This document shows, piece after piece, positions 37,991 to 47,554 of a DNA stretch of 64,000 bases (positions within the stretch are counted from its first letter, which is position 1; the number at the start of each line of letters is the position of its first letter). Source of the stretch: an uncultured virus (IMG/VR IMGVR_UViG_2922252024_000010) (Duplodnaviria > Heunggongvirae > Uroviricota > Caudoviricetes). The stretch lies in the IMG/VR virus record IMGVR_UViG_2922252024_000010. One strand, written 5' to 3'. The notes below the pieces were generated by a model, which ran no database searches, was not told the origin of the DNA, and was given only the letters and a program-made list of their open reading frames with translations. A program made the translations under genes and the position numbers.

Positions 37991-38008
37991 ACATTTAAGG
38001 ATCGCAGA

Positions 38009-38245
38009 ATGGTGACCAAAAGCCAAGACTGGCACCCAGAAGACATCAAAGCAGCGATTAGAAAACGAGGTATGACGACAAGTCAGTTGTCTCGGATGAA
38101 TGGGCTGGCGGACTCAACGCTGCGTAACGTATTCCGCCATCATTGGCCTAAAGGAGAAAAGATAATTGCGGAATTTCTAGGTCTGAAAGCGAGTGATATA
38201 TGGCCTAGTCGTTATGAAAATACAATTCAAAAGGCGGTGGCGTAA
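38009..38245 (+). CDS. ner: Ner/Nlp-family regulator
   Basis: DWHPEDIKAAIRKRG...IWPSRY. Confidence 0.93.
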   Translation: MVTKSQDWHPEDIKAAIRKRGMTTSQLSRMNGLADSTLRNVFRHHWPKGEKIIAEFLGLKASDIWPSRYENTIQKAVA

Positions 38246-40231
38246 ATGAATGAGCTGTGGATTACAGTAAAAGAAAGTATAGATTTATCCTCTATGCCTA
38301 ATACTGAACCAGGTATCCGTAATCGACTTGAAGCTCTAGTGGCTGGTCGCAGCGAGCTACGCCGTAAACGTGCTGGAACCAAAGCATTTGAATACCACAT
38401 ATCAGTATTGCCACCAGAAGTTCGTGCTGAATTGCTGGCTGGTCGTGGTTTGATTGAAACCTCATCCGGACTCATTACTTTGCCGAGAGAGCCGGAACGT
38501 GTGGCTGCTGATGATCTTGATCGTCAGCGTCTCTGGTCAGCCTGGGAGAAAGCAACAGGCGAACAGCGACTGCATGCAGAGCGTCGCACGAAAGCTGCCG
38601 CGCTGGTGGCTGAGCTGATGGCATCAGGTGTTGGCAATCGCAAAGCTATTACCCTTGCTGCCAAGCAACTGCAAATCAGTGAAGGAACGCTGCGCAACCT
38701 GTACTACAAAGTGAAGGACTTCAGCCCTGACCTCTGGGGACCGGTACTGCTGGATCGCCGGGTTCGTGAAAAACGCGTGACAGGACGTTCGGCTGAAATC
38801 TCTGATGATGCATGGCAATTCTTCCTGGGCGATTACCTGCGCAACGAAGCACCGTTTTTCTCCAAATGCTATGAACGGCTGGAAATCGCCGCAGAAACAC
38901 ATGGCTGGACCATACCGGCTGAACGTACCCTGCGTCGTAAGCTGGAACGTGAAGTTGATCCGCGCATTGTCGTTGCCACCCGTGAAGGTGAAAATGCCCT
39001 GGCGCAGATGCACCCATCACAACAGCGCACCGTCGCGCAGCTGCATGCGATGGAATGGATTAATGGTGACGGTTATCAGCACAACGTGTTTGTCCGCTGG
39101 TTTAACGGTGAAATCATTCGTCCTAAAACATGGTTCTGGCAGGACGTCCACAGCCGCAAAATTGTCGGCTGGCGGGCTGATGTATCAGAAAACAGCGACA
39201 GTATCCGCCTGTCACTCATGGATACGCTGAAAACCTACGGGAAACCCCAACACATCACGATAGACAACACCCGTGCAGCGGCGAACAAATGGCTGTCTGG
39301 TGGCGTTCCTAACCGCTACCGGTTCAAAGTCCGTGAGGATGACCCGATGGGGATTATCCCTCTGCTGGGTATCAAGCTGCACTGGACCGGTGTTATCGGT
39401 GGTAAAGGCTGGGGCCAGGCTAAACCCGTAGAACGTGCCTTTGGTGTGGGTGGTCTGGGTGAATACATTGATAAACATCCGGCACTGGCTGGCGCATTTG
39501 CCGGTGAAAATGTCAGTTCCAAACCAGAAAACTACGGCAGCCGCGCTGTTGATGTTGAGACCTTTATGGAAATTATCAGTGAAGGTGTCGCCATGTTTAA
39601 CAGGAAAACCCAGCGTAAAACGGAAATGTGCCGGGGCGAACTGTCCTTCGATCAGGCCTTTGAACAAAGCTACAGCCAGACTGTGATCACCCGTTTAACT
39701 GAAGAACAAATCCGCCAGTTCATGCTGCCGGCAGAGTCGGTTCGCGTGAAACCAACCGGAGAATTCACGATGGAAAGCGGCGGCTCCCTGTTTGGCCGCA
39801 AAAACACCTACTGGAGTGAGCAACTTGTCAGCCATCGCTCCCGCAAAATTACAGTCCGTTTTGACCCGCGTAACCTTCACAGTGAAGTGGCCTGTTACGA
39901 CCTTGATGGCCGCTTCCTCTGTATGGCGGAGTGTCGCGCCGCAGTGGCGTTTGGTGATACCGAGGCTGGTCGTGAACACAACCGCGCCCGTCGTGAAATG
40001 ATGCGCAGCACGAAGAAAGCAACGAAGGCACTAAACCGTATGACGGCGATTGAAGTTAACGACCTGCTACCGAAGACAGAACATGCAGAGTTGCCTGAAC
40101 GCCATGTTGTTGAGCGTGTATTCAATATGGGTAACACCGTCAGACGTGTGGAGGAAATACAGGATACGCAAACCGAGAATGATGTGATTTTTCAGACGTT
40201 CGTTAATAAAGCGAAACAGTCGCAGAAATAA
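38246..40231 (+). CDS. MuA-like DDE transposase
   Basis: WINGDG, IDNTRA, QAKPVERAF; 661 aa. Confidence 0.96.
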   Translation: MNELWITVKESIDLSSMPNTEPGIRNRLEALVAGRSELRRKRAGTKAFEYHISVLPPEVRAELLAGRGLIETSSGLITLPREPERVAADDLDRQRLWSAWEKATGEQRLHAERRTKAAALVAELMASGVGNRKAITLAAKQLQISEGTLRNLYYKVKDFSPDLWGPVLLDRRVREKRVTGRSAEISDDAWQFFLGDYLRNEAPFFSKCYERLEIAAETHGWTIPAERTLRRKLEREVDPRIVVATREGENALAQMHPSQQRTVAQLHAMEWINGDGYQHNVFVRWFNGEIIRPKTWFWQDVHSRKIVGWRADVSENSDSIRLSLMDTLKTYGKPQHITIDNTRAAANKWLSGGVPNRYRFKVREDDPMGIIPLLGIKLHWTGVIGGKGWGQAKPVERAFGVGGLGEYIDKHPALAGAFAGENVSSKPENYGSRAVDVETFMEIISEGVAMFNRKTQRKTEMCRGELSFDQAFEQSYSQTVITRLTEEQIRQFMLPAESVRVKPTGEFTMESGGSLFGRKNTYWSEQLVSHRSRKITVRFDPRNLHSEVACYDLDGRFLCMAECRAAVAFGDTEAGREHNRARREMMRSTKKATKALNRMTAIEVNDLLPKTEHAELPERHVVERVFNMGNTVRRVEEIQDTQTENDVIFQTFVNKAKQSQK

Positions 40232-40326
40232 AAAAAGCGACGTTGCGAGCGCCGCTTTGAATGAAGTGAATCAGTTTTAACACCTGATTAAGTACAGGCC
40301 ATTTGAAAAATACAGGATTAATAATC

Positions 40327-41265
40327 ATGACGCAAATTAACCATGATGTTGTGCGTAGTGCCATTCGTGAATTAATTGACAGCAAAGCGATTTCAGGCGC
40401 AGCTCTGGCACGTGAAACCGGCACCTCAACGGCTACGGTTTCTCAGTTTCTGAACGGGAAATATAAGGGCGATAACGATACGGTTGCCGCCAGCCTGAAT
40501 ACCTGGCTGGAAAGCCACACTGCCGCGAAAACCTCGCTGCCAGTGGCTCCGGATTTCGTTGAAACACCGACCTCACAGAAAATTCTCGCCACCCTGACGT
40601 GGGCACAACTGGCCGGAACGATTGTGCTGGTTTACGGCAACCCTGGCGTTGGTAAAACAAAAGCCATCAGACAGTATGCAGCGACAGGAAACAACGTCTG
40701 GCATATCACCGCCAGCAAGTCCCGCAGCAACGAACTGGAAACACTGTACGAACTGGCGCTGAAAATGGGGATTGCTGATGCACCATACCGTCGCGGCGCA
40801 TTGTCCCGTCTGTTACGCCAGCGTCTGCCGGATACGCGTGGTCTGATCGTCGTGGATGAAGCTGACTGGCTGAGTCTGGATGCCGTTGAAGAATTGCGAA
40901 TTCTCCAGGAGGAATGCGGCGTTGGTCTGGCGCTGGTCGGAAACCATAAAGTCTACGACCGCCTGACCGGTGGACAACGCAGTGTGGACTTCGCCCGTCT
41001 GTTCTCCCGCGTCTCTAAAAAGTACGTCATCAACACCGTATCAGCCGGTGACGTGGACAGTTTTTGTGATGCCTGGCAGGTCTGCGGACAGGAGGAACGG
41101 AAACTGTTGAAGATGATCGCCCGTCGTCCCGGTGCTCTCCGTTCTCTGTCTCACATCCTCCCGCTGGCGGGGATTTACGCACAGGGCAAGGGTGAGACCA
41201 TCGGCACGTCACACATCCAGTCTGCGATGCTGGAACTGGGTCACAGCAATCTGAACGAGGAATAA
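40327..41265 (+). CDS. MuB-like AAA+ transposition protein
   Basis: N-terminal HTH, GNPGVGKT, IVVDEA, LFSR. Confidence 0.95.
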   Translation: MTQINHDVVRSAIRELIDSKAISGAALARETGTSTATVSQFLNGKYKGDNDTVAASLNTWLESHTAAKTSLPVAPDFVETPTSQKILATLTWAQLAGTIVLVYGNPGVGKTKAIRQYAATGNNVWHITASKSRSNELETLYELALKMGIADAPYRRGALSRLLRQRLPDTRGLIVVDEADWLSLDAVEELRILQEECGVGLALVGNHKVYDRLTGGQRSVDFARLFSRVSKKYVINTVSAGDVDSFCDAWQVCGQEERKLLKMIARRPGALRSLSHILPLAGIYAQGKGETIGTSHIQSAMLELGHSNLNEE

Positions 41266-41269
41266 CACC

Positions 41270-41509
41270 ATGATTACTGAACGTATTGCAGAACACATCA
41301 GCATGGCAGAGGCGGCTCAGAACTGGCTTCGCTCCCGTGGTAGCCGTGTCACTGACGTTCGGGTTTTCATGCGTCGCCCGTTACTGGAGATTGTCTGCCC
41401 ACCAACAGAGCTGGTGCGTAGTGCATCCCGTATATCGGAAACACACAACGGCGGCACCCGCTCCGTCTGGGTAGCCAGTCTGGAAGGTTGCCGGGTTATC
41501 TGGAGGTAA
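41270..41509 (+). CDS. Hypothetical early protein
   Basis: GAGG RBS; ...GCRVIWR end. Confidence 0.7.
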   Translation: MITERIAEHISMAEAAQNWLRSRGSRVTDVRVFMRRPLLEIVCPPTELVRSASRISETHNGGTRSVWVASLEGCRVIWR

Positions 41510-41511
41510 GT

Positions 41512-41802
41512 ATGGGCTGGAGTACGGGGAGAGCATGGTCACGCGAAGAACTCCTTATTCTGGAACAGAACGCGGGAAAGGTAAGTGTAAGCGGTCTGGC
41601 GCTGCAACTGGGGCGATCTAAACAGTCAGTGCAGAATTGCGCCATTCGGCAGGGTCTTTCGCTGCGCATCAGAGCAGGAAATGATGACGACGCATATTTG
41701 TGTCGTGAGCTTTATAAGGAGGGGCTGACCATCTCGGTTATCGCCGAAAAAATGGAAATGTCCCGTAGTCAGGTATTTAACATTATTTATAGAGGTAATT
41801 AA
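41512..41802 (+). CDS. Small protein with two HTH-like motifs
   Basis: WS.EE...LALQLGRSKQSV and GLTISVIAEKMEMSRSQV. Confidence 0.7.
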   Translation: MGWSTGRAWSREELLILEQNAGKVSVSGLALQLGRSKQSVQNCAIRQGLSLRIRAGNDDDAYLCRELYKEGLTISVIAEKMEMSRSQVFNIIYRGN

Positions 41803-41814
41803 CGGAGGTGTGAA

Positions 41815-42069
41815 ATGGCAAAAGTTACTGCTTATGCCTGGGCTTCGGGGTTAATTGAATTCGGACAAACACTACCCAACGGGGCATTGCCCATTATCAC
41901 TGGCGAAGAAAATCGAATCAGGGATTTAATTGATATCCATGCCAGACATTCCCGTGCAGGTAGCGAGCTTCTTGTGCCGGGAGTCCCTGAAGCCAGTAAC
42001 CAGCATGAGGGATGTAATGCACTAATGAGATTTACTGACCTTATCACTCGTGAATATATTGAAAAATAA
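41815..42069 (+). CDS. Mu-like early protein preceding gam
   Basis: AYAWASGLIEFG...ARH...LLVPGVPEA; GGAGG RBS. Confidence 0.75.
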   Translation: MAKVTAYAWASGLIEFGQTLPNGALPIITGEENRIRDLIDIHARHSRAGSELLVPGVPEASNQHEGCNALMRFTDLITREYIEK

Positions 42070-42579
42070 AGCTGAGGTTTACATGAAAGCACCCAAAAAG
42101 CCCCGCGCAAAATCAGCCGCTGCTGTTGCCGTTCCTCAATGCCGCGATGACGTAATCAGCGACATCCGCAAGATTGGCGATATTACCCGTGTCATTCTGC
42201 GTCGTGAAACGGAACTGAATGACAAAATAGCGGCCCTGACAAATGATGTTGCGCCCGGCATTGAAGCACTAAAAAAAGAGCTTGCGCGTTTGCAGGCTGG
42301 CGTTCAGACATGGTGTGAAGCCAACCGTGCAGAGCTGACGAAAGACGGCAAGACCAAGACGGCTAACCTGACAACGGGTGAGGTCCGCTGGCGTAAACGA
42401 CCACCCAGCGTCACCATTCGCAAAGTTGAAGATGTTATTGCGTTACTCAAGAAATTCAGCCTGGGTAAATTTCTTCGCAATAAAGAGGAAATTAATAAAG
42501 AGGCAATTCTTGCATCACCGAATGGGTGATGCTGCCAACTTACTGATTTAGTGTATGATGGTGTTTTTGAGGTGCTCCA

Positions 42580-42855
42580 GTGGCTTCTGTTTCTATCAGC
42601 TGTCCCTCCTGTTCAGCTACTGACGGGGTGGTGCGTAACGGCAAAAGCACTGCCGGACATCAGCGCTATCTCTGCTCTCACTGCCGTAAAACATGGCAAC
42701 TGCAGTTCACTTACACCGCTTCTCAACCCGGTACGCACCAGAAAATCATTGATATGGCCATGAATGGCGTTGGATGCCGGGCAACCGCCCGCATTATGGG
42801 CGTTGGCCTCAACACGATTTTACGTCACTTAAAAAACTCAGGCCGCAGTCGGTAA
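42580..42855 (+). CDS. insA: IS1 InsA
   Basis: [17 protein letters not shown]6C frameshift site at 42831-42837. Confidence 0.97.
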
Positions 42856-43277
42856 CCTCGCGCATACAGCCGGGCAGTGACGTCATCGTCTGCGCGGAAA
42901 TGGACGAACAGTGGGGCTACGTCGGTGCTAAATCACGTCAGCGCTGGCTGTTTTACGCGTATGACAGGATACGGAGGACGGTTGTGGCGCACGTCTTCGG
43001 TGAACGCACTCTGGCCACACTGGAGCGTCTTCTGAGCCTGCTGTCGGCCTTTGAGGTCGTGGTATGGATGACGGATGGCTGGCCGCTGTATGAATCCCGC
43101 CTGAAGGGAAAGCTGCACGTAATCAGCAAGCGTTACACTCAGCGCATTGAGCGACATAACCTGAATCTGAGACAACATCTGGCAAGGCTGGGACGGAAGT
43201 CACTGTCGTTCTCAAAATCGGTGGAGCTGCATGACAAGGTCATCGGGCATTATCTGAACATAAAACACTATCAGTAA
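42774..43277 (+). CDS. insB: IS1 InsB frame (transposase via -1 frameshift)
   Basis: [18 protein letters not shown]. Confidence 0.97.
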
Positions 43278-43461
43278 GTTGGAGTCATTACCCACCGAAT
43301 GAAGTTAAGGGAATTGCAGGGATATCCATTAAATCAGATGTTGAGGATTTTGAAATAATCCCATTTGAACAAACTGTAACTGATTAATTAACTTTCTTTG
43401 ATTCTCAGAATTTTAATACGGTATGCCTGCCGGGGCTTCGTGCACCCGCAGGCAACTAAAT

Positions 43462-43866
43462 ATGGAGTTTAAGCGAATGACCAGGCATACGATTATCAAT
43501 ATCCAGCAGATACGTGACGATATCTGCAAACGTAAAGCAATGCCGCCATTTGGCCCCGATACCAGTATTAATCGTCTTAAAACTATCAATGAGACCCAGC
43601 GCAGTTTCACTCTTGAAGTCGTGGAATTGTTGCTGGGTGAAATAGACGTCCTGTCAAAATCAGAATGGACACTGGCAGATGAACTGGTCAAGGCCCAAAA
43701 ACGCATAACAGAACTGGAGGCTATGCGTGAATTGTTTTTACGTGCAAAGGCTCTGATGTATCAATCTGGCGGTGCGCCCATCGAAAACTCGCTGAATCCG
43801 ATTGATGCGTGGCTGTATGACGCAGAACTGACCGCCGCTGGCATTGGCGTGAAGGGGGATGAATAG
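43462..43866 (+). CDS. Ea22/Ead-like accessory protein (start uncertain)
   Basis: AQKRITELEA coiled coil; AAGIGVKG C-terminus. Confidence 0.6.
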   Translation: MEFKRMTRHTIINIQQIRDDICKRKAMPPFGPDTSINRLKTINETQRSFTLEVVELLLGEIDVLSKSEWTLADELVKAQKRITELEAMRELFLRAKALMYQSGGAPIENSLNPIDAWLYDAELTAAGIGVKGDE

Positions 43867-44381
43867 ATGGCTAAATCAATGATGGGTTACATGGTCAGGG
43901 CGTGGAATAACGAACTCAAAGGCCGTGAGTGGAATATGGGAAACAAGAAGCGGCGGAAGGCATTTGCGCGTGAACTGGCAGCGGCGAGTCTTGAGATGGA
44001 TAACGATGTTGCTGACGCGGTAGAGGCTGAATTCCGTGTGCAGGAAGAAGTTTCTGATTGGGGGCGATAACAGCATGGCTAAATTTACAGACGTACACGA
44101 CCTGTTAACTGCGTATCAGAAGCAGGCGCGTAAAGTACCAGCAAAAGGTGTTTACGCATCAAAACAGCGCCGTGATGAAGTGCAATCTGCGCACACGAGA
44201 AAGGTAATGCGTCAGCGTAAACGCTCGGTCGGAAAGTCGAATAAATTGGGGTTCCGTAGCCGGGCTGAAACAACGGCAGCGATAATTTGCGAAATGAATT
44301 TTTGGGCGCTGGTATGCCGCTCGAACCGCCAGAACGCCAGCCCAGCAAAATATGTTGCCGCCGCTGGCATTGGCGTGAAGG
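43832..44381 (+). repeat. 24-bp perfect direct repeat
   Basis: CCGCCGCTGGCATTGGCGTGAAGG at 43832-43855 and 44358-44381. Confidence 0.95.
43867..44070 (+). CDS. Hypothetical protein
   Basis: Starts immediately after the upstream stop; RBS within the repeat region. Confidence 0.65.
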   Translation: MAKSMMGYMVRAWNNELKGREWNMGNKKRRKAFARELAAASLEMDNDVADAVEAEFRVQEEVSDWGR

Positions 44382-44389
44382 AGAAGTAA
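44075..44389 (+). CDS. Hypothetical basic protein
   Basis: MAKFTDVHDLL...; ends AAGIGVKEK. Confidence 0.65.
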   Translation: MAKFTDVHDLLTAYQKQARKVPAKGVYASKQRRDEVQSAHTRKVMRQRKRSVGKSNKLGFRSRAETTAAIICEMNFWALVCRSNRQNASPAKYVAAAGIGVKEK

Positions 44390-44391
44390 CG

Positions 44392-44919
44392 ATGAGCCGC
44401 GCATCCCTGATTAAGTTAATCCATGTTGCCCGTCGCAATCTACAGCTGGACGATGACACCTACCGTTCTGTACTGATGCGAGTGACGGGAAAGCAAAGCT
44501 GTCGTGACCTGAGAGTCGGCCAACTGGAGGATGTGCTGAAGGTACTGGAGGATAAGGGTTTCAGACGTACCCGTCCCCGTTCTCCGGCTCGCCGTCATCG
44601 TGAGACAGATATCACCGCAAAGGTCCGCAGCATCTGGCGGCAGATGCATCTTGATGGGTTTATCCGTGATGGCAGCGATACCGCACTGGATTCGTTCGTC
44701 GCGAAGATGACTGTCAGAACCAACAAAGGTAAAGGTATCGCCAGCCTGGCATGGTGCCGTGGCGATAATCTTCTGATGGTGCTGGAAAGCCTCAAGCAAT
44801 GGCACCTGAGAGAAATGACAGAGGCGCTGAGTCCGCGAGACCTGGCATTTCAGGATAATCGGGGTTATGACGCCATCAACAGCCTGTATTCCAGTAAAGT
44901 AAGAAAGGTGCGCACATGA
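44392..44919 (+). CDS. gemA: GemA (Mu gp16/DUF1018)-like protein
   Basis: LIHVARRNLQLDDDTYR...TGKQSC; ESLKQW. Confidence 0.9.
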   Translation: MSRASLIKLIHVARRNLQLDDDTYRSVLMRVTGKQSCRDLRVGQLEDVLKVLEDKGFRRTRPRSPARRHRETDITAKVRSIWRQMHLDGFIRDGSDTALDSFVAKMTVRTNKGKGIASLAWCRGDNLLMVLESLKQWHLREMTEALSPRDLAFQDNRGYDAINSLYSSKVRKVRT

Positions 44920-45323
44920 GCGAAAAGCAGAACGACCTGTTTGGTGATATCCAGGACGACAGTATTCTGGAGCACCTGGACGATGACAGTTCGGCGGAAA
45001 CTGTGCGTTTCCCTGCACTGCTGACAGAACTGAATACGCTGCTGCGTGGCGAACTGACAAAGCATGGCGTTGACCCACGTATCTCTCTGGAGCTGGTTTA
45101 CGCGATTAGCTGTCAGATTGGCGGCATGCAGATTTATTTCCCACGCGGCCAGACTCTTGAGTCATTGATTCGTGATATGAAAATCTGGCGCGATTTCAAC
45201 GGCAGAAACATCACAGAGTTGGTTGAGCGCTACCGTGTTACCTATAAAACGGTGTATAAAGCAATCCGGAGAATGCGAAAGTTAGAGCAAGGTAAGAGGC
45301 AGCTCTCATTTAATATGGAGTGA
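44916..45323 (+). CDS. Mor/C-family transcriptional activator
   Basis: GGMQIYFPRG...RD..IWRDFNGRN..EL...Y. Confidence 0.92.
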   Translation: MSEKQNDLFGDIQDDSILEHLDDDSSAETVRFPALLTELNTLLRGELTKHGVDPRISLELVYAISCQIGGMQIYFPRGQTLESLIRDMKIWRDFNGRNITELVERYRVTYKTVYKAIRRMRKLEQGKRQLSFNME

Positions 45324-45327
45324 TAAT

Positions 45328-45651
45328 ATGGTTGGTGTGATTGTTATTAACATAGTTTGTATTATATGTGTTTTTTGGGTTTTCTTTGATGCTACTTCTA
45401 ACAACATAGGAAGTTATGTTGTTAGAGACGGTGTGCGAAAAGGATGTCGCAGAGGCATACACCCTGTGGTTTGGGCTGCGCTGAGTATATTTATACTTCC
45501 TTTTATTTGGTATATGATCAACAGGAAATCTTTATTGATCGCTGCGGAAGAATATCCAGTAAAGACTGATAAAAGCGTAAGTTTTATTATTCTACTTTTG
45601 TTGGTATCAGGATGGTTGCTCTATCGCTACAAAGATTATTTATTCTATTAA
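45328..45651 (+). CDS. AT-rich membrane protein (moron-like)
   Basis: Three hydrophobic segments; visibly lower GC than neighbours. Confidence 0.75.
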   Translation: MVGVIVINIVCIICVFWVFFDATSNNIGSYVVRDGVRKGCRRGIHPVVWAALSIFILPFIWYMINRKSLLIAAEEYPVKTDKSVSFIILLLLVSGWLLYRYKDYLFY

Positions 45652-45662
45652 GTTATAGCCAA

Positions 45663-45710
45663 TACAATGAAGCCGGTTAATCCGGCTTTTTTTTCGTCCG
45701 GCACATGATG
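45663..45710 (+). promoter_or_regulatory. Terminator overlapping putative late promoter (Plys-like)
   Basis: AAGCCGG-ttaat-CCGGCTT-T7; 21-bp motif shared with 53646-53666. Confidence 0.65.
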
Positions 45711-45747
45711 GAAGGGAAATCTAACCCACTTCCAAAGGTGCCGTTTT

Positions 45748-46338
45748 ATGAACAACACCCCCGATTCTCCCGCATTTCGCAATGCTCTTGCTTTCGTGCT
45801 CAGCGCAGAACGCGGATATGTCAATGACCCCACTGACCGTGGCGGTGAAACTAACTTCGGTATATCAGATAAACGCGACGGTGTTGCCGATGGCATGACC
45901 GACGTTAATGGCGATGGCAAGCCTGATACTCGTATTCGTGATTTAACGGTTGAACAGGCCGGACAGATTTACTTCCGTGACTACTGGTATCCGGCGTATT
46001 GCCAGTTATGGCCGGATGATATCGCCCTGTTTGTCTTTGATTCTGCCGTCCAGCATGGCGTCAAAAAGGCTGTCCAGTTGCTTCAGGAAGCTGTGGGTTT
46101 CACTGGCAAAAGCGTTGACGGTATCGCCGGTAAAAACACCCGTGCAGCCGTTGAGCGTGCTGACCCTGACTGGCTGCTGAACCGTTTGTTTCTGCAACGT
46201 TCCCGCTATTACGCCGACATCATCAAAGCAAACTCTTCGCAGGGCAAGTTCCTCAACGGCTGGTTTAACCGCCTTGACAACCTCGCTGACGCCTGTCGTG
46301 AGATTTCCGGTGTCCACTATTCGGTAGCCCGGAGCTGA
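45748..46338 (+). CDS. Endolysin, glycoside hydrolase family 108
   Basis: ERGYVNDPTDRGGETNFGI, FDSAVQHG, FLNGWFNR. Confidence 0.9.
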   Translation: MNNTPDSPAFRNALAFVLSAERGYVNDPTDRGGETNFGISDKRDGVADGMTDVNGDGKPDTRIRDLTVEQAGQIYFRDYWYPAYCQLWPDDIALFVFDSAVQHGVKKAVQLLQEAVGFTGKSVDGIAGKNTRAAVERADPDWLLNRLFLQRSRYYADIIKANSSQGKFLNGWFNRLDNLADACREISGVHYSVARS

Positions 46339-46339
46339 T

Positions 46340-46558
46340 ATGGGCAAGGGATGGGACGCTTCGCTGAAGCAGGGACGACGTGACCGGCTGCGGCAGGAAG
46401 TTCTTCACCGAATGGCCGGTGGCCCCGTCCCCGTTCCGACAAGTTATGCAGGTCATGACGGTACACACGCCAGTTACTACATGCGCGGCTGGTCATCCGT
46501 CGATATCAGAGACATCGTCTGGCAATGCCAGCGATACAAGGAAAAACATAATGTTTAA
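46340..46558 (+). CDS. Small hypothetical protein in lysis cassette
   Basis: Coupled to the endolysin stop; GGAG RBS. Confidence 0.7.
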   Translation: MGKGWDASLKQGRRDRLRQEVLHRMAGGPVPVPTSYAGHDGTHASYYMRGWSSVDIRDIVWQCQRYKEKHNV

Positions 46559-46958
46559 ATCGTTTTGCTGCGACTGGTTAAAGCTGGCGCGGATACAGGT
46601 TTTGCGCTCCGGATGGAGCATTGTCATTCTCGTCGGCCTGTCGCTGTTCATCTGTAGTTTCACAGGCCGCCAGGCATTTATGGTCTGGTGGCTGGCACTC
46701 TCCGGCGTGGTTCTGATCGGATTCAGCATCTTTCTCGGCAATCTTCCGTACAGGCTTCTTAAACCTGAAATGCATATCAGCCGGCATGCCCGTTTCTGGG
46801 CGTGGGTCATCTGGGTTGTAGGCGTTTTTCTTCTCATTCTGAGCCAGCTATATGCCATCCCGTTATACCTGATTTTTCTTTCACCAGTGGGTGCTGCAAT
46901 CGGCGTTCTTTTCTGTATGTGGGTTGAACGTAAGGGGCTTCTCGCATGGATCCAGTGA
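46551..46958 (+). CDS. Four-TM membrane protein
   Basis: AAGGA RBS before ATG 46551; four hydrophobic segments. Confidence 0.7.
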   Translation: MFKSFCCDWLKLARIQVLRSGWSIVILVGLSLFICSFTGRQAFMVWWLALSGVVLIGFSIFLGNLPYRLLKPEMHISRHARFWAWVIWVVGVFLLILSQLYAIPLYLIFLSPVGAAIGVLFCMWVERKGLLAWIQ

Positions 46959-47554
46959 CCATCTCTACCGTTGCCAGCGTTCTGATGAAGGCCGGACCGT
47001 CGTTACTGCGTACCGTGGGCGGCTGGTTCGGTGGCGACACCGCCAGAACGGCAGATTCTGTGGCGGGGATCGTTGAGAACGTCAACAGCGTCATAAACCC
47101 GCAGGACCAGCAACGGGTGCTTGAGCAGAAACTGGCGGCGCTGCCGCCAGAACAGTTCGTTCAGCTTCAGTCCCTGAAAGTCCAGATTGAGCAATTCCAG
47201 CTTGAGCGGGACAAAGCCGTACTGGCTGACCGTCAGGCTGCTCACCATGAGCAACAGGAAACCATCCGTAACGGGGACAACGCCACGGATGAATATGTCC
47301 GTCAGACCAGACCGCTGATGGCCAGACTGTCGCTCTACAGCAGCATTGTGTATGTGATGCTGATGTCAGTGGGTCAGCAGGCTGGCGCGATATCCGGTGC
47401 TTTTGGTCATGCCTTCTCCATGCCATCACCGGACTGGGATATCGCACTCATGCTGGCGACGCCGGCACTGGGGTATCTCGGTTTTCGTACCCTCGACGGA
47501 TTCGCCCGGTACAGCAAATCCAGCAAACACAAAACGATGGTGGCGGGTAAATGA
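46946..47554 (+). CDS. Putative holin
   Basis: Coiled coil, then RP..A and two TMs ending LGYLGFRTLD; lysis cassette. Confidence 0.65.
   Translation: MDPVTISTVASVLMKAGPSLLRTVGGWFGGDTARTADSVAGIVENVNSVINPQDQQRVLEQKLAALPPEQFVQLQSLKVQIEQFQLERDKAVLADRQAAHHEQQETIRNGDNATDEYVRQTRPLMARLSLYSSIVYVMLMSVGQQAGAISGAFGHAFSMPSPDWDIALMLATPALGYLGFRTLDGFARYSKSSKHKTMVAGK

Larger units (their letters stand above)
42525..43292 (+). mobile_element. IS1 (768 bp) with 9-bp target duplication CACCGAATG
   Basis: Ends GGTGATGCTGCCAACTTACTGA and TCAGTAAGTTGGAGTCATTACC; duplication at 42516-42524 and 43293-43301. Confidence 0.98.
42083..43387 (+). pseudogene. gam: Gam host-nuclease inhibitor interrupted by IS1
   Basis: WCEANRAELT..GK.KT, KEEINKEAIL; removing IS1 plus one target copy restores a 175-aa ORF ending EDFEIIPFEQTVTD. 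Confidence 0.92.

Noticed and set aside
40230..40260. Hairpin AAAGCG...CGCTTT between transposase and MuB-like genes as another copy of the GTGCAG leader
   Set aside because: Loop differs (TTGCGAG) and the GAGTATGGAGA element is absent.
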